DNA of 64,000 nt from Octopus vulgaris (GCA_951406725.2 OX597837.1:43648001-43712000), one strand, 5' to 3'. Positions 12,863 through 27,026 are shown, counted from the stretch's first letter. Notes: a model not told the origin generated them from the letters alone. Program-made: numbers and translations.

Positions 12863-12947
12863 CGACGACGATGATGATGATGATGATGATGATGACGATG
12901 ATGATGATGATGATGAAGATGATGATGATAATGATGACGATGATTAC

Positions 12948-12986
<39 letters not shown>

Positions 12987-13129
12987 GATGATGATGATGA
13001 TGATGATGATAAAGATGGTGATGCTGCTGCTGCTGCTGATGATGATAATGTTGATGATGATGATGATGGTGATGATGATGAAGATGATGATGATGATGAT
13101 GATGATGATAATAATAAAGATGGTGATGC

Positions 13130-13193
<64 letters not shown>

Positions 13194-13218
13194 AATGATG
13201 ATGATGATGATGATGATA
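12720..13218. repeat. Compound (AAT)n/(GAC)n/(GAT)n/(GCT)n microsatellite
   Basis: Direct reading; it explains the poly-D, poly-M, poly-H and poly-S ORFs. Confidence 0.95.
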
Positions 13219-13740
13219 TAGGACAGCAAAAACGTGAAATAATGCGCAAAAAAAAAAGGGATAAAAAGAGGTTAACATAAATATATAAAATGGACAAATG
13301 ACGAAGACAATGAGAGAGATATTAGAGATATTAAACTTTGAATAGTTTTCTAGTGCTTTCTATTGAAATAAATCGAACGAATCAATACCCCAACAATAGT
13401 TGCATTTTTCGTCCATAATTACATAATGCAACTTGCAATAATTGAGAGAATTAAATATGCATAAGAACTGTTGTTTAGTTGATATTATACAGTTTCTGAC
13501 GATCGCCGGTATTTATCGTTCTCTGTCGTGAATTTGGCGATACGAATGAACACAGCAACAATAATACGATATGCGAGGAATTAAGCTTATATTTTTTGCA
13601 GTTTTGCTTTTTGTTACGTATTTAGTGATCTAGCTACAAACTATATTAAAATCCCTTCTTTAGATATTTCTTTTAAATTCTTACATCAATCCACGCGGAG
13701 AAACATTTTGTTGCCCTGATTACGTGATATACCTAAATCA

Positions 13741-13838
13741 GGATATGAGACGTTTTGGCATTGCTGTTTTCGAGCGGTCAATATAGCGTCGCTGATTCGA
13801 CGCTGACTTATTTGACATCAGTCGTTTTTAATGTTTCT

Positions 13839-13906
<68 letters not shown>

Positions 13907-14140
13907 TTATGTGTGTAAGCATATTTCACTTTATGTGCATGAAGAGAATGAAAGCTTTTAGGTCAATAATGTTATATTAATGTATTCGAATATCCTTCTT
14001 TCGCTTTCTCTCGCCCTCTGAATATGTATGTTTCTTCACATGCATGCGTATATGTGTGTGTGTATGTTTGCCTCCAGCACCAAAACTTACTGTCACAATA
14101 ACAAGATGAATGTCTGCGTGTCAGTCTCAGCCACCTTTTC
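13741..14140 (+). mobile_element. Old MITE-like element, diverged homolog of 34318-34729
   Basis: Shares gcgtcgctgat(t/g)cgacgctgactta(t/c)ttgacat and aaaa..tactgtcac with the 34.3-kb copy. Confidence 0.6.
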
Positions 14141-14792
14141 AAACAGCCTCACCCATCTTTTTCATTCCCCCCTTACTCAGGTTCACCTCACTTACTCGAT
14201 TCTCTCCCCTCTTTTCAGACGTATTGTATAAAGGTTTCACACTACACTCACAGTCCTATCTACTCCCAATTTCTCTCTCTGGAGTTCTCCCTGTGCTCAT
14301 TTCCTGCAGGCGCAAATTTGCTGTTGTCCTGAGAGAACATCAACTGCGTTTATCAGTGGAATCGAACCTGGAAACACATTGTTATAAAACCAACTCCTAG
14401 AGTACACAACCATATATTTGAACACATCCGTACCCAGGTTGCTTGCTACTTTATGAATTTTTATATCCTACACTGTTTGATTAAATTTAATCTATGATTA
14501 CATGTAACGCAATTTGTATTGTGTTTTACTGTGTTCCTGGAAATTCTTTCATCAATTTTATGCTGGATATTAATTTGATTTTCCTAATAAGCTATGAATG
14601 AGTTTCATTAGTATTAGGAGAGAACGTGTTACATATATTCCCAGGATGAAAAGACGTGATTTTTCGCTACAACTTTCGAAACGAGTTCATTGTTACTCGG
14701 CTTTTGTTTCATACATGTCATTTCCTTTTAGGTAAAGTGTAAAGCCGGATAATATTACCTGCGCCCTTCCGAACGGAGACACAACATAACAT

Positions 14793-14848
<56 letters not shown>

Positions 14849-14926
14849 GTATATATATGTATATGTATGTACATGTATACATATATATATATATATATGT
14901 ATACGTATATGTATACATATACATAC

Positions 14927-14960
<34 letters not shown>

Positions 14961-15009
14961 GTACATGTATACATATATATGTATGTATACGTATATGTAT
15001 ACATATACG

Positions 15010-15046
<37 letters not shown>

Positions 15047-15153
15047 ATCTCTGTGTGTATGTATATGTTGTGTATACGTGTGTGTATAAATAAATATATA
15101 TATATTCATATATATATATAATTCATATATGTATATATATACATATATCATAC

Positions 15154-15195
<42 letters not shown>

Positions 15196-15233
15196 TATAT
15201 ATGTATGCATGTAGTATATATATATATGTGTGT

Positions 15234-15270
<37 letters not shown>

Positions 15271-15723
15271 CACACACACACATGCATAACGGCCAGTGCG
15301 CGCGGGCGTGTATTCGTGTCTGTGTGGTATTTATTGGTTTATGTGTGAAAACGTTAATGTGTTTATAGATACACAACAAAGCGGAGAGAGGTTGGTAGAT
15401 TTGCTTATTTATATTTAATAACTATTCCGTTAAACCGTATCATAGTTTCACGCCTGTGTTGGTGTATAGGGGTTGGCGATGGAGGGGTGGCTGGGCGAAT
15501 GTTAATCCGGATTGATGCGGAAGAGAAACTCGAGTAGATGTGTGAAGCTGGCATTGGTTTAGATTCTGTGAGAATACTCCGTATCCACCCGCATACCACG
15601 CTATGACAGCCATTGTGAGCTCTTCTCATCAGCGCTGAAAAACATAATATGCAAAAATATGTATGAATAACTGTGTGTACGACAGAGAAAGAGAGAAGAG
15701 GAGAGACAGAGGAAATGGCAGGG

Positions 15724-15757
<34 letters not shown>

Positions 15758-15985
15758 TGTATGTGCATGCTTGTACATGATTTTGCCAGCGCATATCTGT
15801 GCATGTAATGAATGAGTGAGTGTGTGTGTGTGCATGTGTGTGTATGTGTGTGTGTGCATGTACGAATTACATATATACATTTATGTAAGAAATACATATA
15901 TATAATCGTATATTTATATCTATATTATATATATGTTATACTGTATATGTATATATATATATATATATGTTATGTATATTAAAAT

Positions 15986-16025
<40 letters not shown>

Positions 16026-16106
16026 CTATAACATATTACATTTATATATATATATATATAATATAATATATTACATTTTTAAATACGGATACGTACATAT
16101 ATATGT

Positions 16107-16145
<39 letters not shown>

Positions 16146-16680
16146 CAAATAGACACATTTAAGTATTAGATTAGTTTTATGAGGCTGAATCGATAATGTT
16201 GATCAAAATTTTGGGTTGCCATGCAGGTATACACACATACATAGACGTGTTTAGATATATACATATACACAAACAGATGCAAACATGCATAAGTATATGT
16301 ATATATATATATATGCATGTATGCAGGTACGTATGTATGTATGCATGGATGCATGCATGTATGTATGCATATAAACATACAAGTATATACAGATTTCTGT
16401 GTATAGATACATATGCGTGTATATAAATGGTACGGTTGGATATGCATACGTATGTATATAATATTAAAAAGGTGTAAACAATTATTTCAAAAAATGGAAA
16501 TAATGGCCAAATCCCCTGAGGGCAATTTAAACACTTTACAGCAAATGTTCTCTCTTTAATCAAAGTTTATAATTACATGATGTTTAATATTTATATAATC
16601 TCCAATATATTATATAATAATAATGTTCATATAAATCTGCATACATGCGTGTATATATTATTGACATATATATGCACAGA

Positions 16681-16768
<88 letters not shown>

Positions 16769-17179
16769 CATACACATGTGTCGACATGTATGGATGGTTT
16801 CACATTTATATATATTCGTGGGGTAACTATTGGTATTTATGTGTGTCTGTATATTTTCACATATATATAGTCGTGGGGTAACTGCTGGTGTTACATATAC
16901 TGCTCGAAAGACAAAGCCATTTAATTGATGTAGCGTACATAGAGCTTGTATGTATGTCGTCTCATTCCAGCTGTCTCCCATAAAAACGAAATATCTATAT
17001 TAAAAACTGATTTTGTTATTTGCATCCAGTTATATAGCGTAATTACGAAAGCAGTAAATGGCAATGATTGTGCGTGTGTATATATACATATATATATATG
17101 TAGGTATATATATGTATATATATGTATATATAGAGATAGATAGATAGATAGATAGATAGACAGACAGATAGATAGATAA

Positions 17180-17239
<60 letters not shown>

Positions 17240-17247
17240 ATATTTTT

Positions 17248-17413
17248 GGCGCAGGCGTAGCTGTCTGGTTAGAAGTTTGCTTCCAAACCACGTGGTTCGA
17301 GTTCAGTCCCACTGCATGGCACCTGGGGAAAATATCTTGGACTATAATCTCGGTCCGCCCAAAGCCTTGTAAGTGGATTATTGTGGATGGAAGCCGAAAG
17401 AAGGCCGTCGTAT

Positions 17414-17477
<64 letters not shown>

Positions 17478-17692
17478 GTGCGTATGTCTGTGTTTGTCCT
17501 AAGCCGCTATCAACATTTGACAACAGTGGTTGATATGTTTTGATCCCCGTATTCTAGCGGTTCGGCAAAAAAGACAGATAGAATAAGTGCCAAGCTTAGT
17601 AAAATTAAGTTTTGGCGTCGATTCAGTATACTAAAATTTGGAGGCGTCGCTCCAGAATAGCCACTCTCTAATGACTGAAACAGGTAAAAGAA
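17248..17692 (+). mobile_element. SINE family A, diverged full-length copy
   Basis: Colinear with the 5663 copy, with many substitutions. Confidence 0.85.
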
Positions 17693-17726
17693 CAATATAT
17701 ACAACAATATATATATACATATATAC

Positions 17727-17810
<84 letters not shown>

Positions 17811-17853
17811 GAAAGAATGGAGTCGAACGAAGATGTTAACAAAATTCCTTTAA

Positions 17854-17934
17854 TGTTGACATATGTTTCGAAGACAGCATATTTTTATTCCGAAGGAATG
17901 ATGAGAACATTATGCAATCTTCTCATCGGGAAAG
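17854..17934 (-). ncRNA. Type-I hammerhead motif with long stem II and decayed stem I
   Basis: CCGAUGA-gaaga-uu-gcaua...uaugc-ug-ucuuc-GAAA-cauaug-UC. Palindromic stem III (ACAUAUGU), GUC triplet, U4C core change. Confidence 0.6.
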
Positions 17935-18884
17935 ATAAGGAGCCTCTCTCAACCCCAAGACGAATAAAAATTTCGATGATTGCCTACATATATATATGTA
18001 TATGCACATATATATCTCTACACATATATAGAGAGAGACAGACAGACAGACGTTATGAATTTGCACTCGGCGGAATTTGAACTCAGAGAGTAATGGTGGA
18101 CAAAATGCCGCTGAGATCGATTCTGCCAGCATGCCGACCTTACTTGGCAAGATATTTAAATTATGCATGTGGTGTGTGTGCGTGTGAATGTGTGTGAAGG
18201 TGTGTGTATGAATGTGTGCATGTGAGTGAGTGTGTGTGTGTGTGTGTATGTATGTGTGTGCATGACCTGTAATTTTAATAAGTTTTCGATTTAGACCTTT
18301 AGTGATATTCCATATAAAGCAACTTCATCGATTTCACGAGTTGAAAGCAATCAAAGCAAACTAAGTTCTGTTTTCTCGTTAAAGGTACATAACCCTTGAT
18401 GTTTATAATTTCATGGCAAAACTAAATACGTTCCTAAACCTCATACATGTAAACTTATCGTATATTCCCACATACTACATAAATATATCGGACTTCTATG
18501 TATTAATTAATGGTAGTATGATATTTGCTGTCAGAGAAGAAAATTCGCTGTCAAAACATATTTCGTTGTACCTGCATTAGAATATACTTGAAATATATAG
18601 AGATATAGCAACATAGAAAACAGTTAGTCCCGGCACGATTTTTTTCTCTCTTATTTTTGTTTAGAATAACTGAGCAGCCAAATAATTAGCTGCCGAGTAC
18701 TTAATGAAACCGTGATGTCGCAGCCCGAGGCTCATCACAGTTGAGCAGTTCACAACTTGACTAGATATATATAAAGTTGTTATTTCCAATCACAAAACTA
18801 TAGAATAATGTGCAAATTCCAAACCGTTTCATAGAAACTGATGTCACTTTGAAATTATTGGAAGAACAGAAGGTGGAGTAGCAG

Positions 18885-18885
<1 letters not shown>

Positions 18886-18923
<38 letters not shown>

Positions 18924-19025
18924 GGAGAAGAAGAAGAAGAAGAAGAAGAAGAAGAAGAAGAAGAAGAAGAAGAAGAAGAAGAAGAAGAAGAAGAAGAAGA
19001 AGAAGAAGAAGAAGAAGAAGAAGAA
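18886..19025. repeat. (AAT)n(GAA)n microsatellite
   Basis: Direct reading. Confidence 0.95.
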
Positions 19026-19610
19026 CATTCCATATCCATTAGAATAAAAATCAAAAACGTGGAAGAGTTTCTTAGAAAGTTCTGGTCTTCAATTAGTGAA
19101 AACTCTTCTTCAGTTGCCAAAACTATCTCCATCACTTTTGATTCAATTTTTAACACCATATTTTTGTAAATTAAGATTTTGTTACTGACCAACTTGAAAT
19201 GTCAGAAAAGAAAAATGCGAAATTAAGCAAAAAATTAAGAAAGAAATGTCAGTTTGCTTATCCGCCATACTTCACAAAAGTGGTGAGGAAAAAATCGATA
19301 GAAAAAAACACAGCAAATATTTTTCATATAAAAAACGAAAAGTAATCACTAAGTTTTGTATGTTATGTTAAAACTTTAACTTGAATGTAAATTTTGTTTA
19401 ACTTTCTTCGTGAAATTTAGAATTATTTTTTATATTTCATGTTTCATGTGTCACGGAGTGTAAAAAAATTAAAGCAACACTCTGAAGCAGTTAGATAGTT
19501 ATGTACATACATGCGCACGCACATATACTGAGACAAATGTATATCTGTGTGTAACTACATCTATTGTATCTATATCAATCTATAAGCATATCTATCAATA
19601 TATATGTATA

Positions 19611-19677
<67 letters not shown>

Positions 19678-19728
19678 GTATATATACATACATATATATA
19701 TATATAAATATATATATATATTTACATA

Positions 19729-19895
19729 TAGGGTTGACCAAAGCTCACGCACAAAATAATTTCAACACGCTCCAGAATTTTCAAAGACATGCTTCAATTT
19801 TTCTAAAATTGAATGAAATACTGATGAATACAAATGTACTTGCACATGACGCACAAAATGATAATAATAATGATAATGATAATGATAATAGCATC

Positions 19896-19987
<92 letters not shown>

Positions 19988-20041
19988 CGTAATATAAATA
20001 AAATGTCAAAAGTTGCTGTGCGTGACTTTTGGCACAGACTG
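19729..20041. mobile_element. Tc1/mariner-type MITE with imperfect TIRs and internal (AAC)n(AAT)n
   Basis: Left end ta|tagggttgaccaaagctcacgcaca vs right end (reverse complement) ta|cagtctgtgccaaaagtcacgcaca; TA on both flanks. Confidence 0.55.
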
Positions 20042-20338
20042 TATATGTATGTTTGTATATGTGTCTATAATCATATTAGAAGCAATGAACTAAGTCAGAA
20101 CTAAGTCGAAATGGCCAGTGGCATGTGTAGGAGAAGCATAGATATATACAGGTATATGAAATACCGTACAACATAAATACTGTATAAATGCTAAATAATA
20201 GGAGGAAAATCAGCCGCCTGTGAAGCAGAGACACACAAAAAGACAGACAAGCTCACAGGCAGACAGACAGCTGGATTGATTGAATAAGAAGAATGATAGA
20301 TGAGAAAAATGAAAGGCAAAATGAAACAAAACAAAGTA

Positions 20339-20760
20339 GGCGCAGGAGTGGCTGTGTGGTAAGTAGCTTGCTAACCAACCACATGGTTCCGGGTTCAGTC
20401 CCACTGCGTGGCATCTTGGGCAAGTGTCTTCTGCTATAGCCTCAGGCCGACCAATGCCTTGTGAGTGGATTTGGTAGATGGAAACTGAAAGAAGCCTGTC
20501 GTATATATGTATATATATATATAAGTGTATGTGTGTATATGTTTGTGTGTCTGTGTTTGTCCCCCTAGCATTGCTTGACAACCGATACTGGTGTGTTTAC
20601 GTCCCCGTCACCTAGCGGTTCGGCAACAGAGACCGATAGAATAAGTACTGGGCTTACCAAGAATAAGTCCCGGGGTCGAGTTGCTCGACTAAAGGCGGTG
20701 CTCCAGCATGGCCGCAGTCAAATGACTGAAACAAGTAAAAGAGAGAAAGAGTAAGAGTAA
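20339..20760 (+). mobile_element. SINE family A, full length
   Basis: Near-identical to the 5663 copy. Confidence 0.9.
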
Positions 20761-20929
20761 AACGGAACTATTTGTTTAGTGTGACATAATAGTCATTAGT
20801 CATTCTATCTTTGTTCACAGAACCTTGGTATGCTATATTTTCCTCAAAGCCAACGTACTTGTAGCATTCTTTGTGTGGAACAAGAGAAGCAGCGAGACCA
20901 TTGACGCACAGGGTTTGTGTCTGGGAGAC

Positions 20930-21272
20930 TTATTTCCCCCGTTCAGCAATCAAATAAGATCATTTCCTCTGGCCAAATTACACTCTTATGTCAACTGAAA
21001 ATGTTGTTATAAGTTCCAGTGGCTTCTTGACATTGACATATTTAGCATAAATCTTGAGATCATCCACAAAGAAATTATGAGTCGCATTAGTAACTCATGC
21101 AGTTGCAGACCCTAGCATGTTAGTCGTTTGATTTTGCTGCAGGAATGGTAATGGGTTTAACGCCAAAAGAAGCAGAAGTACAGAGAGACTATCTCTCTGG
21201 AATATTCCCGTTGAAATATTTATGGCATTGGAGACGGTAGTTCCACTTTCTGTTCTCAATGTGAGGACTGTG
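20930..21272 (-). pseudogene. Non-LTR retrotransposon RT fragment (R4/Dong-like)
   Basis: GIFQRDSLSVLLLLLALNPL followed by THNFFVDDLKIYAK...FSVDIRV*FGQRK, matching GIFQGDSLSPLLF / HLLFxDDLKLYA; contains stops and frameshifts. Confidence 0.85.
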
Positions 21273-21273
21273 A

Positions 21274-22037
21274 CTCGGCGGAATTTGAACTTAGAACGAA
21301 GCAACTAGAGAAATACCTATTTCTTTACTACCCACAAGGGGCTAAACACAGAGGGGACAAACAAGGACAGACATAGGTATTAAATCGATTACATAGACCC
21401 CAGTGCGTAACTGGTACTTAATTTATCGACCCCGAAAGGATGAAAGGTAAAGTCGACCTCGGCGGAATTTGAACTCAGAACGTAACGGCAGACGAATTAC
21501 CGCTAAGCATTTCACCCGGCGTGCTAACGTTTCTGCCAGCTCGCCGCCTTTCTAGCGAAATACCTATTTCTTTATTACCCACAAGGGGCTAAACACAGAT
21601 GGGACAAACAAGGACAGACTTAGGTATTAAGTCGATTACATCGATCCCAGTGTGTAACTGGTACTTAATTTATCGACCCAGAAAGGATGAAAGGCAAAGT
21701 CGACCTCGGCGGAATTTGAACTCACAGCGTAACGACAGACGAAATAACTATTTCTTTATTACCCACACTGGGCTAAACACAGAGGGGACAAACAAGGACA
21801 GACAAACGGATTAAATCGATTACATAGACCCCAGGTGCGTAACTGGTACTTAATTTATCGACCCCGAAAGGATGAAAGGTAAAGTCGACCTCGGCAGAAT
21901 TTGAACTCAGAACGTAACGGTAGACGAAATACGGCTACGCATTTCGCCCGGCGTGCTAACGTTTCTGCCAGCTCGCCGCCTAAAATACCGCTTAGCATTT
22001 CGTCCAGCTTGCCAACGACTCTGCCACCTCGCTGCCT
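21274..22037 (-). mobile_element. Nested/tandem cluster of SINE family B (MetaSINE-like)
   Basis: Three copies of the block gtcgactttgcctttcatcctttcggggtcgataaattaagtaccag (Meta-domain-like), lying inside a split older copy. Confidence 0.9.
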
Positions 22038-22253
22038 GAAATCGTGAACTTATGGAAGAACATAAATAAATTGTCTTAGAGTGCAAACGTGCTTCTAAAC
22101 GTCATTTTTATAGATATATATCTGTCAACATTTATATTTATTTATTTATCCATCGATCTGGCAATCTCCCAATCAGTCCATCACCCAGTCAGTTAATTAA
22201 TGTGTGTATGTGCATTTGAGTGTATGTATACCTAGATGTATGATCAATATATA

Positions 22254-22344
<91 letters not shown>

Positions 22345-22481
22345 TCATATATATATATATATGAATAAATATACATGCATATATATATATGTATGTATAT
22401 TCATATATATAAGTATATATATATATAAATATATATATATATATGTATGTATGTATATTCATATATATATATATATATAAT

Positions 22482-22525
<44 letters not shown>

Positions 22526-22664
22526 GTATGTATATATACATATATTCACATATGTATATGAATGTATATATATATTCACATATATATATATATGTATGTA
22601 TGTATATGTATGTATATATATATATATATTCAAATATATATATATATCTATATCTATATATCTA

Positions 22665-22715
<51 letters not shown>

Positions 22716-23039
22716 ATATATCTATCCATCTATATATATATACTCGCATATAAAATATCATCTGAAGTGTATACAAAAGCTGTATATAATTTTCTCCTCT
22801 GTTGAGTTTCAATCGGAAGCATTTCCTTCGTTTTTCTCCTTTTTGTTTCTTTTTACTCTTTCTTCTTCTCTGTAAACAGAAAAGGCAACAACACGATGGT
22901 CGCCGTCGATTATTAATATTTATGAGTGGGAGACACAAACACGTTTGTCCTTCATTCATTTTGAAAATTCTAACAACTGATTGCCCCAAATTCCTTGGAA
23001 TATTTAACATGTCTTGTCTACTTTTAATACCGAGTCGTC

Positions 23040-23560
23040 GTCATCATCATCATCATGATTATCTTCGACTTCTTTTTCTTCTTCTTCTTTTTCTTCTTCT
23101 TCTCCTTCTTTTTCTTCATCTTCTCCTTTTTCTTCTTCTTCTTCTTCTTCTTCTTCTTTTTCTTCTTTTTCTCCTTCTCCTTCTCCTTCTTCTTTTTCCT
23201 CTTCTTCTTCTTCTTCTTCTTCTTCTTCTTCTTCTTTTTCTTCTTCTCCTTCCTCCTCTCTCCTCCTGCTCCACATCTCTTTTCTTATTCTTATTCATCA
23301 TCTTCTTTTTCTCTCCTCCTCCTCCTCCTCCTCCTCACCTTTCTTCTTCTTCATCTGTTTTTCGCTCCTCATCCTCATCCTTCTTCACTCCATCACCACA
23401 ATCACCACCACTACAACCATCACCACCACAACCACCACCACTACAACCACTACCACCACCATCAACAATAGCAAGAACAACAACAGTAACAACACCACCT
23501 CCCTCTGCACCATCATCATCGCTATCGTTAACACCATCATCATCATCATCATCATCATTA
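23040..23560. repeat. (CTT)n/(CCT)n/(CAC)n/(CAT)n low-complexity tract
   Basis: Direct reading; it explains the 285-aa poly-Leu ORF. Confidence 0.9.
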
Positions 23561-23584
23561 TCTTTATCAACAACGGCAACATTT

Positions 23585-23708
23585 TTCGAGGTCGACTTTG
23601 CCTTTCGTCCTTTCGGGATTAATAAAACAAGTACCAGTCAAATACTGGGGTCGATGTAAACGTCTACACCTCCCCACAAATTTCAGGCCCTGTACTTATA
23701 GTAGAAAG
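23585..23708 (+). mobile_element. SINE family B 3' part, short-tail variant running into (TTA)n
   Basis: Meta-like block, then caaatttcaggccctgtacttatagtagaaag, then (att)n. Confidence 0.8.
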
Positions 23709-23755
<47 letters not shown>

Positions 23756-23756
23756 G

Positions 23757-23843
<87 letters not shown>

Positions 23844-23845
<2 letters not shown>

Positions 23846-24187
23846 TTTCCTTCTTTCTTCAAATTTTCTTCCGTTTCTCGCCGAGTGTTTTCCATACACC
23901 TAGGGCAGAGAAGCTCATTGTATGCATTCCCAGATTACACGTGCAAATTCACAGATAAAATATGTATTTAAACATTAATAAATAAATAAATTCATGGATG
24001 GATGTTATTTTCACAGCGATAATGCTCTTCTCAGTACATGAGCCGTTCCAGTTAATACGATTCTTTGCACTTCCTGTAGGGACGGTAAGCCTGGAATCAT
24101 TTTCAAATAGGTTTCAGTACCTTTTTTTATCATTCCTAGAGATCCTACAATCACTGGTACTGTAGTCGCCTTGAGATGCCACATTTT
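23844..24187 (-). mobile_element. R4/Dong-like LINE 3' end inserted in (TAA)n
   Basis: KMWHLKATTVPVIVGSLGMIKKGTETYLKMIPGLPSLQEVQRIVLTGTAHVLRRALSL* plus 3' UTR; (TAA)n on both sides. Confidence 0.85.
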
Positions 24188-24206
24188 ATTATTATTATCA
24201 TCATTA

Positions 24207-24285
<79 letters not shown>

Positions 24286-24917
24286 CATTATTATTATTAC
24301 TGTTATCATTTCACGTTTGGATCTTGCTTCGCTGTATCGTTTTGATTAATTTAGTTCTATTAAATATATTTCACGGTAACTCCCTCCTTATCGCATTTGT
24401 TCTTGAAAGGATATTAATATTTACTTCGTTTTTGTTGTCTCACCGCACCTTACAAATAATGGAAACTTCGGTCTTATATTACTTGAAATTTTTATTCTTC
24501 CTTTCTACCGTCAACTACTTTTTGATTCCGTTTTTTGTTTTCGTTCCTTACATTACGTCGTTTTCTCCGCTTGGTTCTTCATCTTTCTGTCGTTGGCGTC
24601 GACAATGTGTTTGTTATTTGCGGCTAAATTCGGCCAGAGTTGCTTCTTCGGTCCGATAGGAATTTCAACCGTGTTTCGTGGTCCGCTACCACAGCAGCTC
24701 CTTTATACAATCCAGTTAGCTCAAGACATCATCAGGAGGAACCACGTCCGGTATCGGCCCCTAATCCTCTACCGTTTTGACGTGCCCCCCCCACTTTCGG
24801 AGGGGTCTTTAGCTCTGGTTTTGGGTGCGTGTCTTCTTTCTTCATTCTTCTGTTTCCTGGCCTCTTCGATGTAGCGTCAACGAGTGTCAGCGGGCGACTG
24901 AGTGTCTTGTCAATATT

Positions 24918-25130
24918 TTAGTCCTGTGATCTTTTGGTTATGCCCCAAGCAGAAGGAGGAGATGTAGGAGGCAATAAAAAGGGTTCTGAACATTTTCCTT
25001 TCGAAGGACATCCATGGAGTCTTCGGGAAGTGGATGCATTGAACTCAGATGTTCCTACTTTGGAGGAGATTACAGTTTTGTATTTCTTTGAAAGGAATAA
25101 ATGCCGCGCCTGAAAATGTCTCAAAACTAT
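24918..25130 (+). mobile_element. Mariner transposase C-terminal relic
   Basis: SPVIFWLCPKQKE ... EAIKRVLNIF...HGVFGKW ... GGDY resembles SPDLAPCDFWLFPKLKE...KW...GGDYF. Confidence 0.6.
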
Positions 25131-26263
25131 ATATTGTGTATATGTATATCTGTGTGTGTGTGCGTGTATGTGTGCATGTGTTTGTGTCTTTGGGCATGCG
25201 TTTGCCTCTCGCTCCACCGATTCCTCGGTGGTTGTTTCGCTTTGTTTACTGCAATGTTCCTTAGGAGTTGATCCGAAGAAGTAATTTTCTTTCATAGTTT
25301 GTAAAGAAGAATAAATTTTCTGGTATTATTTCCAATCTTTGGGGACTGCAGCTACGCTAGGGCGCCGCCTTGAAGAGTATACATGTAATAGCAGAAGCCA
25401 GTACCTATTTTTTGCCCGATACTTGTTTTATTGGTCTGTTAGACCGAAACGCTACGTAATGGCCATGCGTGTCTTCAGGCTTGTGTTTATGCCCACCACC
25501 CCCACTGATTTTATTAAGTATAGCGCTGTGAGTAATCAACTTGCAATGTAAAATTTCGAGCAATACAAAGCTTTCGAAGCTACCTAACCCTTCTGTTTTT
25601 TACGCTACTCTGTTCGTGATATTATTTCAGCACTATATATATTTACTTTGATTGGTTATTGCCATTATGCGAATAAATATTTGAATATTTTCTCCCTTAG
25701 TTCCAAGTGTTGCTAGATTGTTACTGCAAAGTTTCCTCACCAATGGTACTACCGACATTATTTGTGCAGATGTAACTAACTTTGACGTTATGTTGTTCTT
25801 TTTTTAATTACATTTGATAATATAGTTCACAAGAGGGAGAAAACCCAGAAAGCGTAAATTCAATTGATTTAACCTACGTTTCAGATAAATGTTGTATTTA
25901 ATGTAACTAGGAGTTTCTTCACAGCCGGCAAAAATTGCAGCAGTACAAAGAAACTACTAATCATATGGTGATTGAAAATACAAAATAATAACTGGAATGT
26001 CTGACTTGAAAGAAAAGAAAATATTACCTCTGAATGTATTTAGATCGAATTGATAGTTTTTCATTATAAACTTAAATAAGGGGAGAAATAGCGTGTGAGG
26101 GAGTTAGAAGAGGATAAAGAGAACCAGTCAGGAACAGACATGTGGAGAGATAAAGGAGAAAGCGATAATGAGAAATTAGAAAAAAACATTCTATTTATCT
26201 CTCTCTCTCTCTCTCTCTCTGTATATGTATATATATATACGTGTGCGTGTATGAGTTGTCTGA

Positions 26264-26319
<56 letters not shown>

Positions 26320-26369
26320 ATATATATATATATATATATATAGATAGATAGATAGATAGATAGATAGAG

Positions 26370-26442
<73 letters not shown>

Positions 26443-26626
26443 TACAAACAAACACACTCACACAGACACGCACATACATATGTAAATAAATAAATATATA
26501 TATAGAGAGAGAGACTTACACCTAAATGTGTTTACTCGAACCAAACTATTGACATAAAAGATAAATATTCACATTTAGTGTATGTAATGAAGAATGTAGG
26601 CCCAAAGCCTTAGCAATGTACACACG

Positions 26627-26713
<87 letters not shown>

Positions 26714-27026
26714 TTCACAGATAACAATATACACGCTTACGTATATGTACATAACACACATATCTGTATATATATGTGTGTGTATATATTTATACCTGTA
26801 TTCATAGCAATATATAAGCATAGTATTGGTAAGTTTATAAAAGGCTATTTTCCTCCTTCTCACACTCACATACCAGCATAAACGCGTGACCGTCTCACAC
26901 CATCTCACTAACATATCAGAAGCACACATACACGGGCTCACACACGCCAACACACACGCACGCACAGTTGCATTGTACGATACACACACACACACAGATA
27001 CACACACACACACATATATATATATA

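Noticed and set aside
18761-19192. 143-aa ORF or piggyBac-like fragment
   Set aside because: The ORF is held open by microsatellites and shows no convincing motif.
24662-24739. Minus-strand CUGAUGA...GAAAC pair
   Set aside because: Stems I and II do not close around the core; the region may be a decayed LINE ORF1.
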